From the NCBI GenBank assembly GCA_965213865.1, contig OZ243928.1, forward strand, positions 2,825,003-2,889,002: a stretch of DNA of 64,000 bases. Direction: 5' to 3'. This DNA is from Arenicellales bacterium (GTDB taxonomy: Bacteria; Pseudomonadota; Gammaproteobacteria; Arenicellales; JAJDZL01). Numbering within the stretch: position 1 is the first letter of the stretch; every line of letters starts with the position of its first letter. The notes beneath the pieces were generated by a model, which was not told the origin of the DNA, searched no databases, and saw only the letters and a list, made by a program, of their open reading frames with translations. Below are positions 55,277 through 64,000 of the stretch, in pieces. The translations under genes were made by a program, and so were the position numbers.

Positions 55277-56240
55277 ATGCACTATCAGCGCTCTTGCCAG
55301 ATTTTTCTGCCGCCGGGTCAATCCACGTTTTTGCGGGGCGCCCGCCAGACTGGCAAATCGACTCTTCTTGCAGGCAAGTTTTTCGAACAGCGTTCGATTC
55401 GACCTGCTCGACAGCGGCATCCTGTTTCGCTTTTTGTCGCAGTCCCGAGCGCCGGGAGAGGAGCCCGAGCCATTCGGAGAAACTGCATTGGCAAATCCGC
55501 TGGTGATTGATGAAATCCAGAAAGTACCTGAGCTGATTGATGAGGTGCATCGGCTGACTGAAAGTGAAGGCACAAGTTTCATCCTTTGCCGCTCAAGCGG
55601 GCGTAAATTGAAAGCGAGCGGTGCAAACACAATCTCTGCCCCTTGACTTGGCGCGAAGCGCCCGGCTTCGGTCTGCTCACTGCAATGAGCACGGGATTGC
55701 TGCCGAGACTCTATGCAAAAAAAAACTCGACGCACAATCGGAACATACGTTCGCGACCACCTGACTCAGGAAGCGCTCAACGAGGCGCTGGTCAGGAAAA
55801 GCGCCGCGTTCTCGCGATTCTTCGACACATTGGCTTTGTGTCACGGCGAGCAGCTGAACTACTCGGCCATCGCCCGTGACTGCGGCGCGGACGCAGTACG
55901 ATTGCCGCTGCGCCAAAGCTCTGCCTGTTCGATGCGGGTGTCGCAAACTATATCACCGACAATTCGATTCTAAGCCTGGATAGCATAGGTTTTGGCAGCA
56001 GTTTCGAGCCCTTATATATTCCTGGAACTGGTCGCGGCAAGCAGCTACTTGGAATGGGAAGAGAAAATCAGTACTGGTGCACAAAAAGCGGGCTTGAGGC
56101 TGATATCATCCTCAGCCGCAGACTGCTGCCCATTGCAGCAAAGAACCGAGTTCGCAATAGAGGCCTCAAAAAGCCATCAAAGCGCACAGAGGCCAGTTTC
56201 AGCCCCGACGCTCGATCATTGTTACCGCTGAGTCAGTGAA
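55277..56240 (+). pseudogene. Decayed AAA_14 + DUF4143 ATPase gene
   Basis: Family-like pieces lie in different frames. 'FLRGARQTGKSTLL' (Walker A) is in the frame of 55277. 'RFDLLDS...LVIDEIQKVPELIDEVHRLTESEGTSFILCRSSGRKLKASGAN' is in the frame of 55368 and ends at TGA 55644-55646. 'HLTQEALNEALVRKSAAFSRFFDTLALCHGEQLNYSAIARDCG' is in the frame of 55713. 'GLEADIIL' is in the frame of 56054. Confidence 0.7.
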
Positions 56241-56435
56241 TCGAGCGGCGGATGGAATTGAGGTGTTGAGCTATGAAACCTTTCATAGAAGATTTACACA
56301 CCGGAAAAATAGTCTGATGCACCATGACTGGAAGCGGCAGACCGCGAAAAGGCTGATCGACCGCATCTGCAAAGCCTTGATACCGGCCGCCCCGGCGGTG
56401 CCAAGGCAGATTGATGAGCTTCGCGTCAAGTGTAA

Positions 56436-59400
56436 ATGATCATGCCGTCAACAGCACCCGTCGCAGTCATTGCAATGGCATGCAATTTTCCCGGCGGCGC
56501 CAGCACACCCGACCAGTACTGGAAGAACATCATTGTTCGGCGCGACTGCGTCGGCCCGATTCCATCCAATCGCTGGGACAGAGCGATTTTCGACTCAATC
56601 GGACTCAGCAAAGCGACCGAGTTCGCCGAAGTCGGCGGCTTTATCGACGATATTGGCAAGTTTGATGCAGCTTTGTTTCAGATCTCGCCGAAAGAGGCCC
56701 AGCAGATCGACCCGCAGCAAAGACTTTTGCTTGAGCTGGCCTGGCAGTGCGCTGAAAATGCCGGCGTGTCGGCAAATCTTCTTTCCAACAAGAGGGCCAG
56801 CGTTCATGTAGGCGTCATCAACCATGACTACGAGCGCCTGCTGCTCGCTGACCAGCAGTCTATCTCCGCATATACTGGATTAGGCCGCTCAGCCAGCATT
56901 GCCGCCAATCGCATCTCTTATCATTTCAGCCTGACTGGCCCAAGCATGACCATTGACACCGCATGCTCTTCGTCGCTGGTCGCAGTGAACGCGGCCTGCC
57001 AGGCCTTGAGCAGTGGAAAAGCCGACTTTGCATTTGCAGGCGGAAGCAATGCGATCTTGCTGCCGGACAGCTATATTGAGTTTTCGAGAGCCTCGATGCT
57101 TTCCAAATCCGGCAGATGTCATGTCTTTGACCGGCGCGCGGACGGTTTTGTGCGCGCCGAGGGCGGCGGCATGGTATTGCTGAAACGGCTGGGGGACGCA
57201 CTGGCCGATGGCGATCCTATCCATGCGGTCATTGCATCGACTGCCGTCAATCAGGATGGCAAAACCAGCGGGCTGATGTCGCCGAGCATTGGAGCCCAGA
57301 TCGCCATGATGCGCGACGCATTGAAACACAGCGGCCTGACTGAAAATGATATTGGATATATCGAGGCTCATGGGACGGGAACCCAAGCGGGCGACACCGC
57401 TGAAATCACTTCGCTCAGCGAAGTCTATGGGCAATCGACACGCCATCACCCGTGTTATGTCGGCTCCGTCAAAAGCAATATCGGACACACAGAGTCAGCC
57501 GCGGGAATAGCCGGCCTGATCAAAGCGATACTGGCTGTCAGCCACAGCATTATCCCGCCGAACATTCACTTTGAGACACCGAATCCAGCGGTTGATTTCA
57601 AGCAGCTGCAAATCCCGACTGAAGCCAAGCCGTGGGGTGAGTCGATGCAGCGGCCGAGGGCGGCGGCTGTCAATTCATTCGGTTTTGGCGGAACCAATGC
57701 GCACGCCATCATCCAGCAGGCACCCGTCGATCTGCCAAGGCGGAAACCGGACACAGCCGGACACCTGCTGCTGCCGCTGTCGGCCCCCAGCCGGGCTGAT
57801 CTCGGGAGTTTCCGTCTTCGGATACAAAACCGCCTGGACTTGGACAATGCTCAGAATATTGCTTGCACCATCGGTCGGCAGACACTGCACAAATTCCGGT
57901 CCGGCGCAATTGTGCGTCACGATCCGACCGCCGCCCCGCAGCTCTCCTTTGAGACGGTCAAGACCGCGACGGCGGCAGCTGTAAAAAAAGACCGGCGCCT
58001 TGCTTTTGTATTCAATGGAATGGGCTCGGAATTCGGCAAAGGCGCAGCCGAGCTGTATCACAGTTACCCGTGTTTCGCCCGCGTCGCGGATCTGTGCGAT
58101 TCGATTGCGCAGCGCGAGTACGGGATCGATGCGATCAGCAGCTATGTCCAGACAGGGCAGCTTCCGCCGATCGAAAACCTAGCGGCATGCCACGCGCTTC
58201 ACTTTGCGCTGCAAGTCGCTGCGTGCGAGCTTTGGAAGGACTGGGGAATTGTGCCGCAGGCCGTGGTTGGACACAGTCTGGGAGAGATCTCCGCTGCTGT
58301 CAGCGTCGGCGCAATCAGTCTGCCCGGCGGCATCAAAGTTGCGATCGAGCGCGCAGACGCGCTTTCACAGTTTGTCGGCGCACAATCGATGCTGGCCGCC
58401 GCCGCAACTCAAAAGCAGGCGCAGCGAATCATCAAAGCGAATTCCGGCGCACTGTTTATGGCTGCCGAAAACAGCCCTGATGACATCACCTTGTCCGGCT
58501 CGCCGAAAGCGATCCGCGCAGTCGCAGACCAGCTGCAAGCGCTAGGAAAATTTTACCGGCAGCTGAACATCCCAGTACCGTTTCACAGCCCGCTGATCGA
58601 GGGTGGAAAAGCTCAGTTTCAACGGTCCTGCCCTGTCCTTGAGCGCCGCCGCGGCACACACCCGTGGTTTTCTTCAGTTACCGGCAAACCCATTGATTCG
58701 AGCCAAATCGATGAATCCTTCTGGTGGGACAATTTCAGAAATCCAGTGCGATTCAAAGATGCGCTTGAGGCGGCGCTCGACTCAGGCATCGACTGCTTTG
58801 TCGAAATCGGCGCACATCCGATTCTATCGCATGCCATCAGCAATTGCCTCAAGCACAAGCAATCAGACGGACACTGTCTGCATACACTGCAGCGCGAGCA
58901 ATCGGGCCTTGGCATCCTCTATGCCAATGCCGCGCAGCTGTTCAATCTCGGATTTGACTTAAATTGGGCAAAAATCAATCCGCCAGGCCAGGTGATCACG
59001 AATTTGCAGCGAACACTGCACCGAAAGTTTTACTGGCTGCAGGCGGCGCCGGATGCAATGGCGCCAAGCCAGATCGATGCCATCAGCAGCCCCTGCGGTC
59101 TGCTTGACACCCGCAATCAGAAGGCTGAAAACTGCTGGCCGCTGGCGCCGGATGCAAACGCTGCGGCCTGGCTGCGCAGTCACCGCCTGCATGATGAGGT
59201 GATTTTCCCAGCCGCCGGCTACATTGAGGCAGCGCTAGAGGCGGGTCAAATTTTGACTCGTCAATCGCCGCTGGAACTCTTTGAAGTGAAATTTGAGCGG
59301 ATGTTGCATCTGCCCCGCCATAATGGCGCTCAGCCGCTCAGCCGCTGCCAGCTGCGCACGAAAAAAATCGGCGCTGCCCACCAATTCCGATTTGAGGATG

Positions 59401-62400
59401 CAGCCGCGACGCAGGCAACGGCCTTCTGCAGCGGGAACCTGCGGCGGGTCGAAAGCCCTGCACCCGCATTGCCAGACTGTTTCAGCGACTATCCAGATAC
59501 AGAGATGGAAACTGAGGACAATGCGCTCGAACAAATTAAGCAGGGCTTGCAAAACCTGAAAATCCAAGGTGATCATGCGTCATGGTCGATCGACGCAGTT
59601 CGCCGCATAAGCGGATCTGAGCTGATCGCGCGATTGAGCCATACAGAGGCAGACACAATGCCGAATCGACGTTACTTGATCGACCCGGCCCTGCTTGACT
59701 TGTGCTTGCGTCTGCCTTTCGCTGCGCCTGATACCGCTGCAATCCATGTACCGCGCAGCTGGGGCAGCCTGCGTCTTTATGGCATCTGTTCCAAGCAGGT
59801 TTGGTGCCGAGTGCAGGCAAACTTCCATGAAAGCGGCGAGGCTGAGCTGAATCTGCAGCTGCTTGATGATAAACTGAGCTGGATTGCGAGTGCAAAACGA
59901 CTGATGCTCGCACCCGCGAATGCGTCCCATCCAGCCTCGTCCGAGCGCCTGCCGCAATTGTCTGTTCCGCGCTGGGCAATGATCGACCCAATTGTCAGTC
60001 ATGCGCAGTGGTTCATGGATCAGTCGCAGCGGGTGCGTCGGGTGATTCAGGCTGACATTCAAAATCGGGCGGCATATTATCAGCGCGATCAATACTACGC
60101 AGACACGACCTGCGAGCTTACGCGAATCGTGCTGGCTTTCATTGGGGACTGTTTTGCTACGCACGGCTTTTGCCAGCGCGGTGACAGCCTGCGGCTGGCG
60201 GACTTGGCGACTCAGCTGAAAACGACCGAGCGGCAGCAGCCGCTGTTTTGCTCGCTGGTTGAGCTGCTCTATCGGCATCAATTGATCGAAATCACCGGCA
60301 GCGATGAGAGCCCGCTCATGGAAAAGCGCCTGACCGCACGACGCGATTTGCCGCAAGCGGGCCGGCAAGCGGTATCTGAATTTATGCAAAATTCCAAATC
60401 ATCGCAGCAACTGAGTGAATTGCTGCTGCTGGATCGCTGCGGAAAACTGCTGCCGGATGTGCTTGCAGGCGAGAAAAATGGTTTGGATGCGCTTTTTCCG
60501 AATGGGGACATGTCAGTTCTGGCGCAGTTCTATCGAGCGTCGCCCATCTGCCGCATCTATAACGAAGCGCTCAGTCGCAGCGTTTGCGAACTGCTGCGCT
60601 GCTGGCCGCTGCGCAGAAAGTGCAGAATTCTTGAAATTGGAGGCGGTACCGGCGCGCTGCTTTCCAATCTCTATCCGGCATTATCCAATCAGCGAGTCGA
60701 ATACACCTTTACTGACATCGCCAGCTCTTTTGTTCGCAGCCAAAAAAAGGCCTGCCGAGACACCGAATGGCTTGCATTTGCGGAATTCGACTTCAACAGC
60801 GATCCGCTGATTCAAGGCTTTCTGGAAGGTTACTTTGACCTTGTGCTGGCGAGCGACTGCCTGCATCTGGCGCGGGACCTTGAATTCACCTTGTCAAGCT
60901 TGCAAGCCATCATGCACCCTGGCGGATTTTTGCTGTTCAGCGAATTGGCCGCAGAGCCGGATTGGGCCCGCTTGATGTTCGGCATGTCAGGCGACTGGTG
61001 GCACAGCGCGAAGAGCACCCAGCTGCACAATTCACCCTGCCGCTCAGTCGCCGCCTGGCGCCAGCAATTGGAATCGGCCGGCTTTCGAGCGCTGGAGATT
61101 TTGTCTGACCGAAACGATGGCAAACCGCCATGGCACAGCGTCTATATCTGCGAGACGAAGAAAGCATCAGCGCCGACAAGACTGCTGAATCAAACTGTTG
61201 CTCAGCAAACCTTGATTCTGTCCGACGACAGCGATTTTTCCAATGCGCTGGCGGCCGCTTTTGCTTTAGAATCAATTGAGCATGCTGTCAGCTGCGCGTC
61301 GCGTCGGTCGAGTGACTGGCGCCGCATTCGCCCTGACTGCGCTCAAGACTATGTGACTCTCATTGAGAACCTGATGGCCGCCGATCGCTTGCCAGATCGC
61401 ATTATCATGCTGTGGAACTTTGGCGCTGAGCCGGCCAAATCGAAGAGTTTCGAGCAGCTGGCAGCGCAAACGCCGTTCGCGCTGAAGCTGGCCTATCTGA
61501 TTCAGGCTTACGATCATCTCGCCCAGCCGCTGCCGCTGCTGACTCTTGTATCAAGTCGCACTCACCCGGCGGCGGACAGATCAATGGAGCTGTCCGACTG
61601 TTTTGACTCAGCGATCTGGGCGATCGGGCGCACCGTGCGCAACGAATATCCACACTCAAAATGCCGCATCATTGAAGTGGATCCCAAACAGACTGACAGT
61701 ATCGATCAAATTGTCGCCGCCCTCGCTCAGCCGCCTCGTGAACCGGAGCTTTCGATTCGTGAATCCGGCCGGTTTGCTCCATTCATCGAACCTGTTTCAG
61801 CTGTGGAAAGTCTGAGCCACAGCGAACAGAATCTGACACTCACCTGCACCCGGCCAGGTGACCTCGGCAGTTTGATGCTGACGCCAGAGGCAATGCCGTC
61901 TTGCGCCGAGAACGAGGTCGTCATCGCGGTGATGGCTGCCTCGTTGAATTTCCGCGATGTGATGGTTGCCTTGGATGCACTGCCGAATGAAGCTGTCACA
62001 CAGGGCCATGCGCAAAGCTCTGCAGGCATTGAGTGCGCAGGTACCGTTATCAAAGCCGGCACCAAGGTAACTGCCTGCAAAGCCGGCGATCAAGTGGCAG
62101 CGCTCTCAAAAAATGCAATCTCAAAATTCGTCAGCGTCAACGAGGCCTTTGTTTTTCCGATCTGCTCACGTTTATTTCATGCCGAGCAGATCAGCACGAT
62201 CCCGACGGCATTGGTCACTGCGCTGCAAAGTTTCGACTGCCTTGAGAATTTCGAGAATCTTGATTCAATCCTGATCCATGCGGCTTCTGGCGGGGTGGGT
62301 GTAATGCTGGTGCACTTGGCTCGAGCCAAGGGATTCAAAATATTTGCGACCGCTGGCAGTGCGGGCAAAATTGCATTCTTGAATTCACTCGGTGTCAGTC

Positions 62401-63872
62401 AAGTGTCGGATTCGCGCTCGGAAAAGTTTGTCATGGATATACTGAGCTGGACAGGCGATGCGGGCGTTGACATCGTTATCAACACCTTAAGTGACGATCT
62501 GGCCGCCGCCAACCTCAGAATTCTCAAGCCTGGCGGACACTTTATTGAACTCGGAAAATATAAAAATTCAAAGCAAGTGCATCGACTGATCACAGCATCA
62601 AAACTGTCATTGGGTCTGCATGTGATTGACATTGATCGCATGTGGCATGAGCATCCTGAGCGTCTGTCGAAGATTTTCAAAAATGCGATGCGACTCGCCG
62701 CTGCGGGCAAAATAGCGCTGCCCGCATATCGGTCATTCCCCGCTCAATGCGCCGTTGAGGCGTTCAGATTCATGGCGGGCGCCAAGCACATTGGCAAAGT
62801 TGTCTTGGCACTGCAGGATTTGCACCATGCGCCATCATCACACCTGGCCAGCCCAATCACAATATCCCCCAGCGCGACCTACGTGATCAGCGGCGGCAGC
62901 CGTGGATTTGGACTGGCGACTGCAAAATGGCTGTGCGACCTGGGTGCCGCACACCTGATTGTTATCGGTCGCAATCTGAACAGATGCAGTCATATCAGCC
63001 AGCTCAAGAGTCAATTCAAAACTGCTGGAGTCTCGCTTGAGACGGTGGCATGCGATATTGCTGATTTGGAAGCGCTGCACAATAAAATCAGTCATGCGCT
63101 CGGCAAAATGCCGCCAGTGCGAGGTATTTTTCATTGTGCAATGCAAATTGATGACCGCGCATTGGTCAATCTGGACCTAGACAGCTACGCGACTGCGACT
63201 GACACCAAAATCAAAGGCGCCTGGAATCTTTACCAGGCGGTTCCGACTCAAGAACTGGATCTGTTCGTGCTGTTTTCGTCCATCACTTCGCTCATCGGAC
63301 CAGCCGGGCAAGGCGCCTACAGCGCCGCCAACGCATTCATTGACTCGTTTGCAAGCTATCTGCGCACAATGGGCATCAAAGCGCTGGCCATCAACTGGGG
63401 AGCCGTTTCTGACTGTGGCCACGTCGCAGAAAGTGCGGCGGCGCAAAAAAAATATGGAGATACGGCTGCAGCTGCGGACAAGATGCTGCAGACGCTTCAG
63501 TGCGCATTGCGGGTACCGTGCGAGTCACAGTATGTAATTGCCGCTGGAAACTGGCAGCAGCAGACGCAGTATGACAGTCTCAGCGATTCATCTGCCACTG
63601 ACGGTGAATGGAGCGAGAGTCCAGAGCAAGCGGCCGATCGGATGACAGAAACAGGTGGAAGCGAAGCTCATGTGCTGAAATGTATTGCGGAGGTTGTCGG
63701 GGTTGCGAGACAAGAAATTGACTTGCAGGAATCACTGGCTGATCTTGGAATTGACAGCTTGCAAGCAGTTGAGCTGTCTCACCAGCTCCGACTTGAGAGC
63801 GGACTCCATATCAGCGCTACAGCGCTGCTGGAATCTTCATCGATAAAGGATATTGTCAAGCGCGCGCCTTAA
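56436..63872 (+). CDS. Type I polyketide synthase, single fully reducing module with C-methyltransferase: KS-AT-DH-MT-ER-KR-ACP
   Basis: Uninterrupted 2478-aa ORF. All seven domains carry their signature motifs (see the domain features below). There is no thioesterase or reductase release domain after the ACP. Confidence 0.95.
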   Translation: MIMPSTAPVAVIAMACNFPGGASTPDQYWKNIIVRRDCVGPIPSNRWDRAIFDSIGLSKATEFAEVGGFIDDIGKFDAALFQISPKEAQQIDPQQRLLLELAWQCAENAGVSANLLSNKRASVHVGVINHDYERLLLADQQSISAYTGLGRSASIAANRISYHFSLTGPSMTIDTACSSSLVAVNAACQALSSGKADFAFAGGSNAILLPDSYIEFSRASMLSKSGRCHVFDRRADGFVRAEGGGMVLLKRLGDALADGDPIHAVIASTAVNQDGKTSGLMSPSIGAQIAMMRDALKHSGLTENDIGYIEAHGTGTQAGDTAEITSLSEVYGQSTRHHPCYVGSVKSNIGHTESAAGIAGLIKAILAVSHSIIPPNIHFETPNPAVDFKQLQIPTEAKPWGESMQRPRAAAVNSFGFGGTNAHAIIQQAPVDLPRRKPDTAGHLLLPLSAPSRADLGSFRLRIQNRLDLDNAQNIACTIGRQTLHKFRSGAIVRHDPTAAPQLSFETVKTATAAAVKKDRRLAFVFNGMGSEFGKGAAELYHSYPCFARVADLCDSIAQREYGIDAISSYVQTGQLPPIENLAACHALHFALQVAACELWKDWGIVPQAVVGHSLGEISAAVSVGAISLPGGIKVAIERADALSQFVGAQSMLAAAATQKQAQRIIKANSGALFMAAENSPDDITLSGSPKAIRAVADQLQALGKFYRQLNIPVPFHSPLIEGGKAQFQRSCPVLERRRGTHPWFSSVTGKPIDSSQIDESFWWDNFRNPVRFKDALEAALDSGIDCFVEIGAHPILSHAISNCLKHKQSDGHCLHTLQREQSGLGILYANAAQLFNLGFDLNWAKINPPGQVITNLQRTLHRKFYWLQAAPDAMAPSQIDAISSPCGLLDTRNQKAENCWPLAPDANAAAWLRSHRLHDEVIFPAAGYIEAALEAGQILTRQSPLELFEVKFERMLHLPRHNGAQPLSRCQLRTKKIGAAHQFRFEDAAATQATAFCSGNLRRVESPAPALPDCFSDYPDTEMETEDNALEQIKQGLQNLKIQGDHASWSIDAVRRISGSELIARLSHTEADTMPNRRYLIDPALLDLCLRLPFAAPDTAAIHVPRSWGSLRLYGICSKQVWCRVQANFHESGEAELNLQLLDDKLSWIASAKRLMLAPANASHPASSERLPQLSVPRWAMIDPIVSHAQWFMDQSQRVRRVIQADIQNRAAYYQRDQYYADTTCELTRIVLAFIGDCFATHGFCQRGDSLRLADLATQLKTTERQQPLFCSLVELLYRHQLIEITGSDESPLMEKRLTARRDLPQAGRQAVSEFMQNSKSSQQLSELLLLDRCGKLLPDVLAGEKNGLDALFPNGDMSVLAQFYRASPICRIYNEALSRSVCELLRCWPLRRKCRILEIGGGTGALLSNLYPALSNQRVEYTFTDIASSFVRSQKKACRDTEWLAFAEFDFNSDPLIQGFLEGYFDLVLASDCLHLARDLEFTLSSLQAIMHPGGFLLFSELAAEPDWARLMFGMSGDWWHSAKSTQLHNSPCRSVAAWRQQLESAGFRALEILSDRNDGKPPWHSVYICETKKASAPTRLLNQTVAQQTLILSDDSDFSNALAAAFALESIEHAVSCASRRSSDWRRIRPDCAQDYVTLIENLMAADRLPDRIIMLWNFGAEPAKSKSFEQLAAQTPFALKLAYLIQAYDHLAQPLPLLTLVSSRTHPAADRSMELSDCFDSAIWAIGRTVRNEYPHSKCRIIEVDPKQTDSIDQIVAALAQPPREPELSIRESGRFAPFIEPVSAVESLSHSEQNLTLTCTRPGDLGSLMLTPEAMPSCAENEVVIAVMAASLNFRDVMVALDALPNEAVTQGHAQSSAGIECAGTVIKAGTKVTACKAGDQVAALSKNAISKFVSVNEAFVFPICSRLFHAEQISTIPTALVTALQSFDCLENFENLDSILIHAASGGVGVMLVHLARAKGFKIFATAGSAGKIAFLNSLGVSQVSDSRSEKFVMDILSWTGDAGVDIVINTLSDDLAAANLRILKPGGHFIELGKYKNSKQVHRLITASKLSLGLHVIDIDRMWHEHPERLSKIFKNAMRLAAAGKIALPAYRSFPAQCAVEAFRFMAGAKHIGKVVLALQDLHHAPSSHLASPITISPSATYVISGGSRGFGLATAKWLCDLGAAHLIVIGRNLNRCSHISQLKSQFKTAGVSLETVACDIADLEALHNKISHALGKMPPVRGIFHCAMQIDDRALVNLDLDSYATATDTKIKGAWNLYQAVPTQELDLFVLFSSITSLIGPAGQGAYSAANAFIDSFASYLRTMGIKALAINWGAVSDCGHVAESAAAQKKYGDTAAAADKMLQTLQCALRVPCESQYVIAAGNWQQQTQYDSLSDSSATDGEWSESPEQAADRMTETGGSEAHVLKCIAEVVGVARQEIDLQESLADLGIDSLQAVELSHQLRLESGLHISATALLESSSIKDIVKRAP
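56451..57719 (+). other. PKS ketosynthase (KS) domain
   Basis: 'TIDTACSSSLVA' (active Cys177 codon at 56964-56966), 'EAHGTGTQAGD', 'KSNIGHTESAAG'. Boundaries approximate. Confidence 0.85.
57996..58925 (+). other. PKS acyltransferase (AT) domain
   Basis: 'GHSLGEISAA' (Ser614 codon at 58275-58277). The specificity region reads 'VPFHSPL' (xxFH, closer to the malonyl HAFH than to the methylmalonyl YASH). Boundaries approximate. Confidence 0.8.
59148..59975 (+). other. PKS dehydratase (DH) domain
   Basis: 'LRSHRLHDEVIFPAAGYIE' is an HxxxGxxxxP-type motif with Asp in the Gly position (His916 codon at 59181-59183). Boundaries approximate. Confidence 0.7.
60453..61025 (+). other. PKS C-methyltransferase (MT) domain
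   Basis: SAM motif I 'ILEIGGGTGALL' begins at 60627. Downstream 'FDLVLASDCLH' and 'MHPGGFLLFSE' resemble motifs II/III. Boundaries approximate. Confidence 0.75.
61833..62816 (+). other. PKS enoylreductase (ER) domain
   Basis: MDR-type fold with the NADPH site 'LIHAASGGVGVMLV' (His codon at 62277). Boundaries approximate. Confidence 0.75.
62874..63425 (+). other. PKS ketoreductase (KR) domain
   Basis: 'VISGGSRGFGLA' is the Rossmann motif. 'QIDDRAL' is LDD-like, suggesting a B-type KR. The catalytic Tyr lies in 'AYSAANAF' (codon 63318-63320). Boundaries approximate. Confidence 0.8.
63657..63860 (+). other. PKS acyl carrier protein (ACP) domain
   Basis: 'LGIDSLQAVEL' with the phosphopantetheine Ser2441 codon at 63756-63758. 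The protein ends 37 residues later. Confidence 0.85.
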
Positions 63873-64000
63873 GTGCGGCATTCATCAGCGAGCTTCAGGG
63901 CGAATGGCCTGCATGAGCCAGGGGACTCGCTGTCTGGCGTCGAAACAGCTCGTGAAATCCGCCAGCAAGCCAGCCCGCACGATTGATCGGCATCAACCAG

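Noticed and set aside
63904-64000. Open frames at the right edge: plus strand from ATG 63904/63913 (MACMSQGTRCLASKQLVK...), and a minus-strand frame open from the window end down to a TAA overlapping the PKS stop.
   Set aside because: Only ~30-40 codons are visible, with no motifs. I cannot decide which strand, if either, is coding.

Overview
This 64-kb window reads like a proteobacterial chromosome segment, with gammaproteobacterium-like gene content and tightly packed operons on both strands. All calls are by-eye motif and architecture recognition; no searches or statistics were run. No rRNA, tRNA or CRISPR array was recognised.

Recognisable blocks:
(i) 0.2-6.2 kb: a peroxiredoxin, then a minus-strand tctCBA tripartite tricarboxylate transporter operon translationally coupled to an M20 amidohydrolase and a PfkB kinase.
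(ii) 6.4-15.2 kb: redox and housekeeping genes. These are a decayed SDR pseudogene, a ferredoxin-FNR-ferredoxin fusion reductase with an Old Yellow Enzyme, an IMPase-family phosphatase, DUF1028, an AlbA_2/HATPase protein, an AhpD-like peroxidase and an acetolactate-synthase-like ThDP enzyme.
(iii) 15.7-20.1 kb: a visibly GC-richer mobile-DNA patch. It holds an apparently intact IS1380-family element with identifiable terminal inverted repeats. It also holds a second, degraded transposase (two frameshifts plus one in-frame stop) fused in-frame to a Dam-like DPPY methyltransferase. A small six-Cys secreted-protein gene lies between the two IS copies.
(iv) 20.6-27.0 kb: a TauE/SafE permease, then two tandem paralogous secreted proteins (signal peptide + Gly/Ser tract + cytochrome-c-like CxxC domain lacking the heme His). 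These are followed by a GT-C-like membrane glycosyltransferase, a DPM1/ArnC-like GT2, DUF547 and a beta-barrel OMP.
(v) 27.2-27.9 kb: a second six-Cys secreted-protein gene.
(vi) 28-46.8 kb: acyl-CoA and PHA metabolism. Genes are a haloacid dehalogenase, PaaI thioesterase, crotonase, phaJ-phaC, two acyl-CoA ligases, a DsbA-like HCCA isomerase, an HADH2-type SDR and ETF-QO. Also here are an aromatic amino-acid decarboxylase, an acylating aldehyde dehydrogenase, CsaA, a large acyl-CoA dehydrogenase and a Rieske oxygenase.
(vii) An orphan AAA_22-like ATPase.
(viii) 48.8-55.0 kb: a sulfur-oxidation operon, soxX-soxY-soxZ-soxA-(small ORF)-soxB-soxW-tolC-like.
(ix) A decayed AAA_14/DUF4143 ATPase pseudogene, then a 2478-aa single-module, fully reducing, C-methylating type I PKS (KS-AT-DH-MT-ER-KR-ACP) whose stop codon lies 128 bp before the window end.

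Most interesting observation: the only two long homopolymeric C tracts I found are C8 at 17915-17922 and C9 at 27210-27218. Each sits between an ATG and an out-of-frame signal peptide of a six-Cys secreted protein, and a single-C change repairs each gene. This is either a paired contingency-locus (phase-variation) design or two homopolymer assembly errors.
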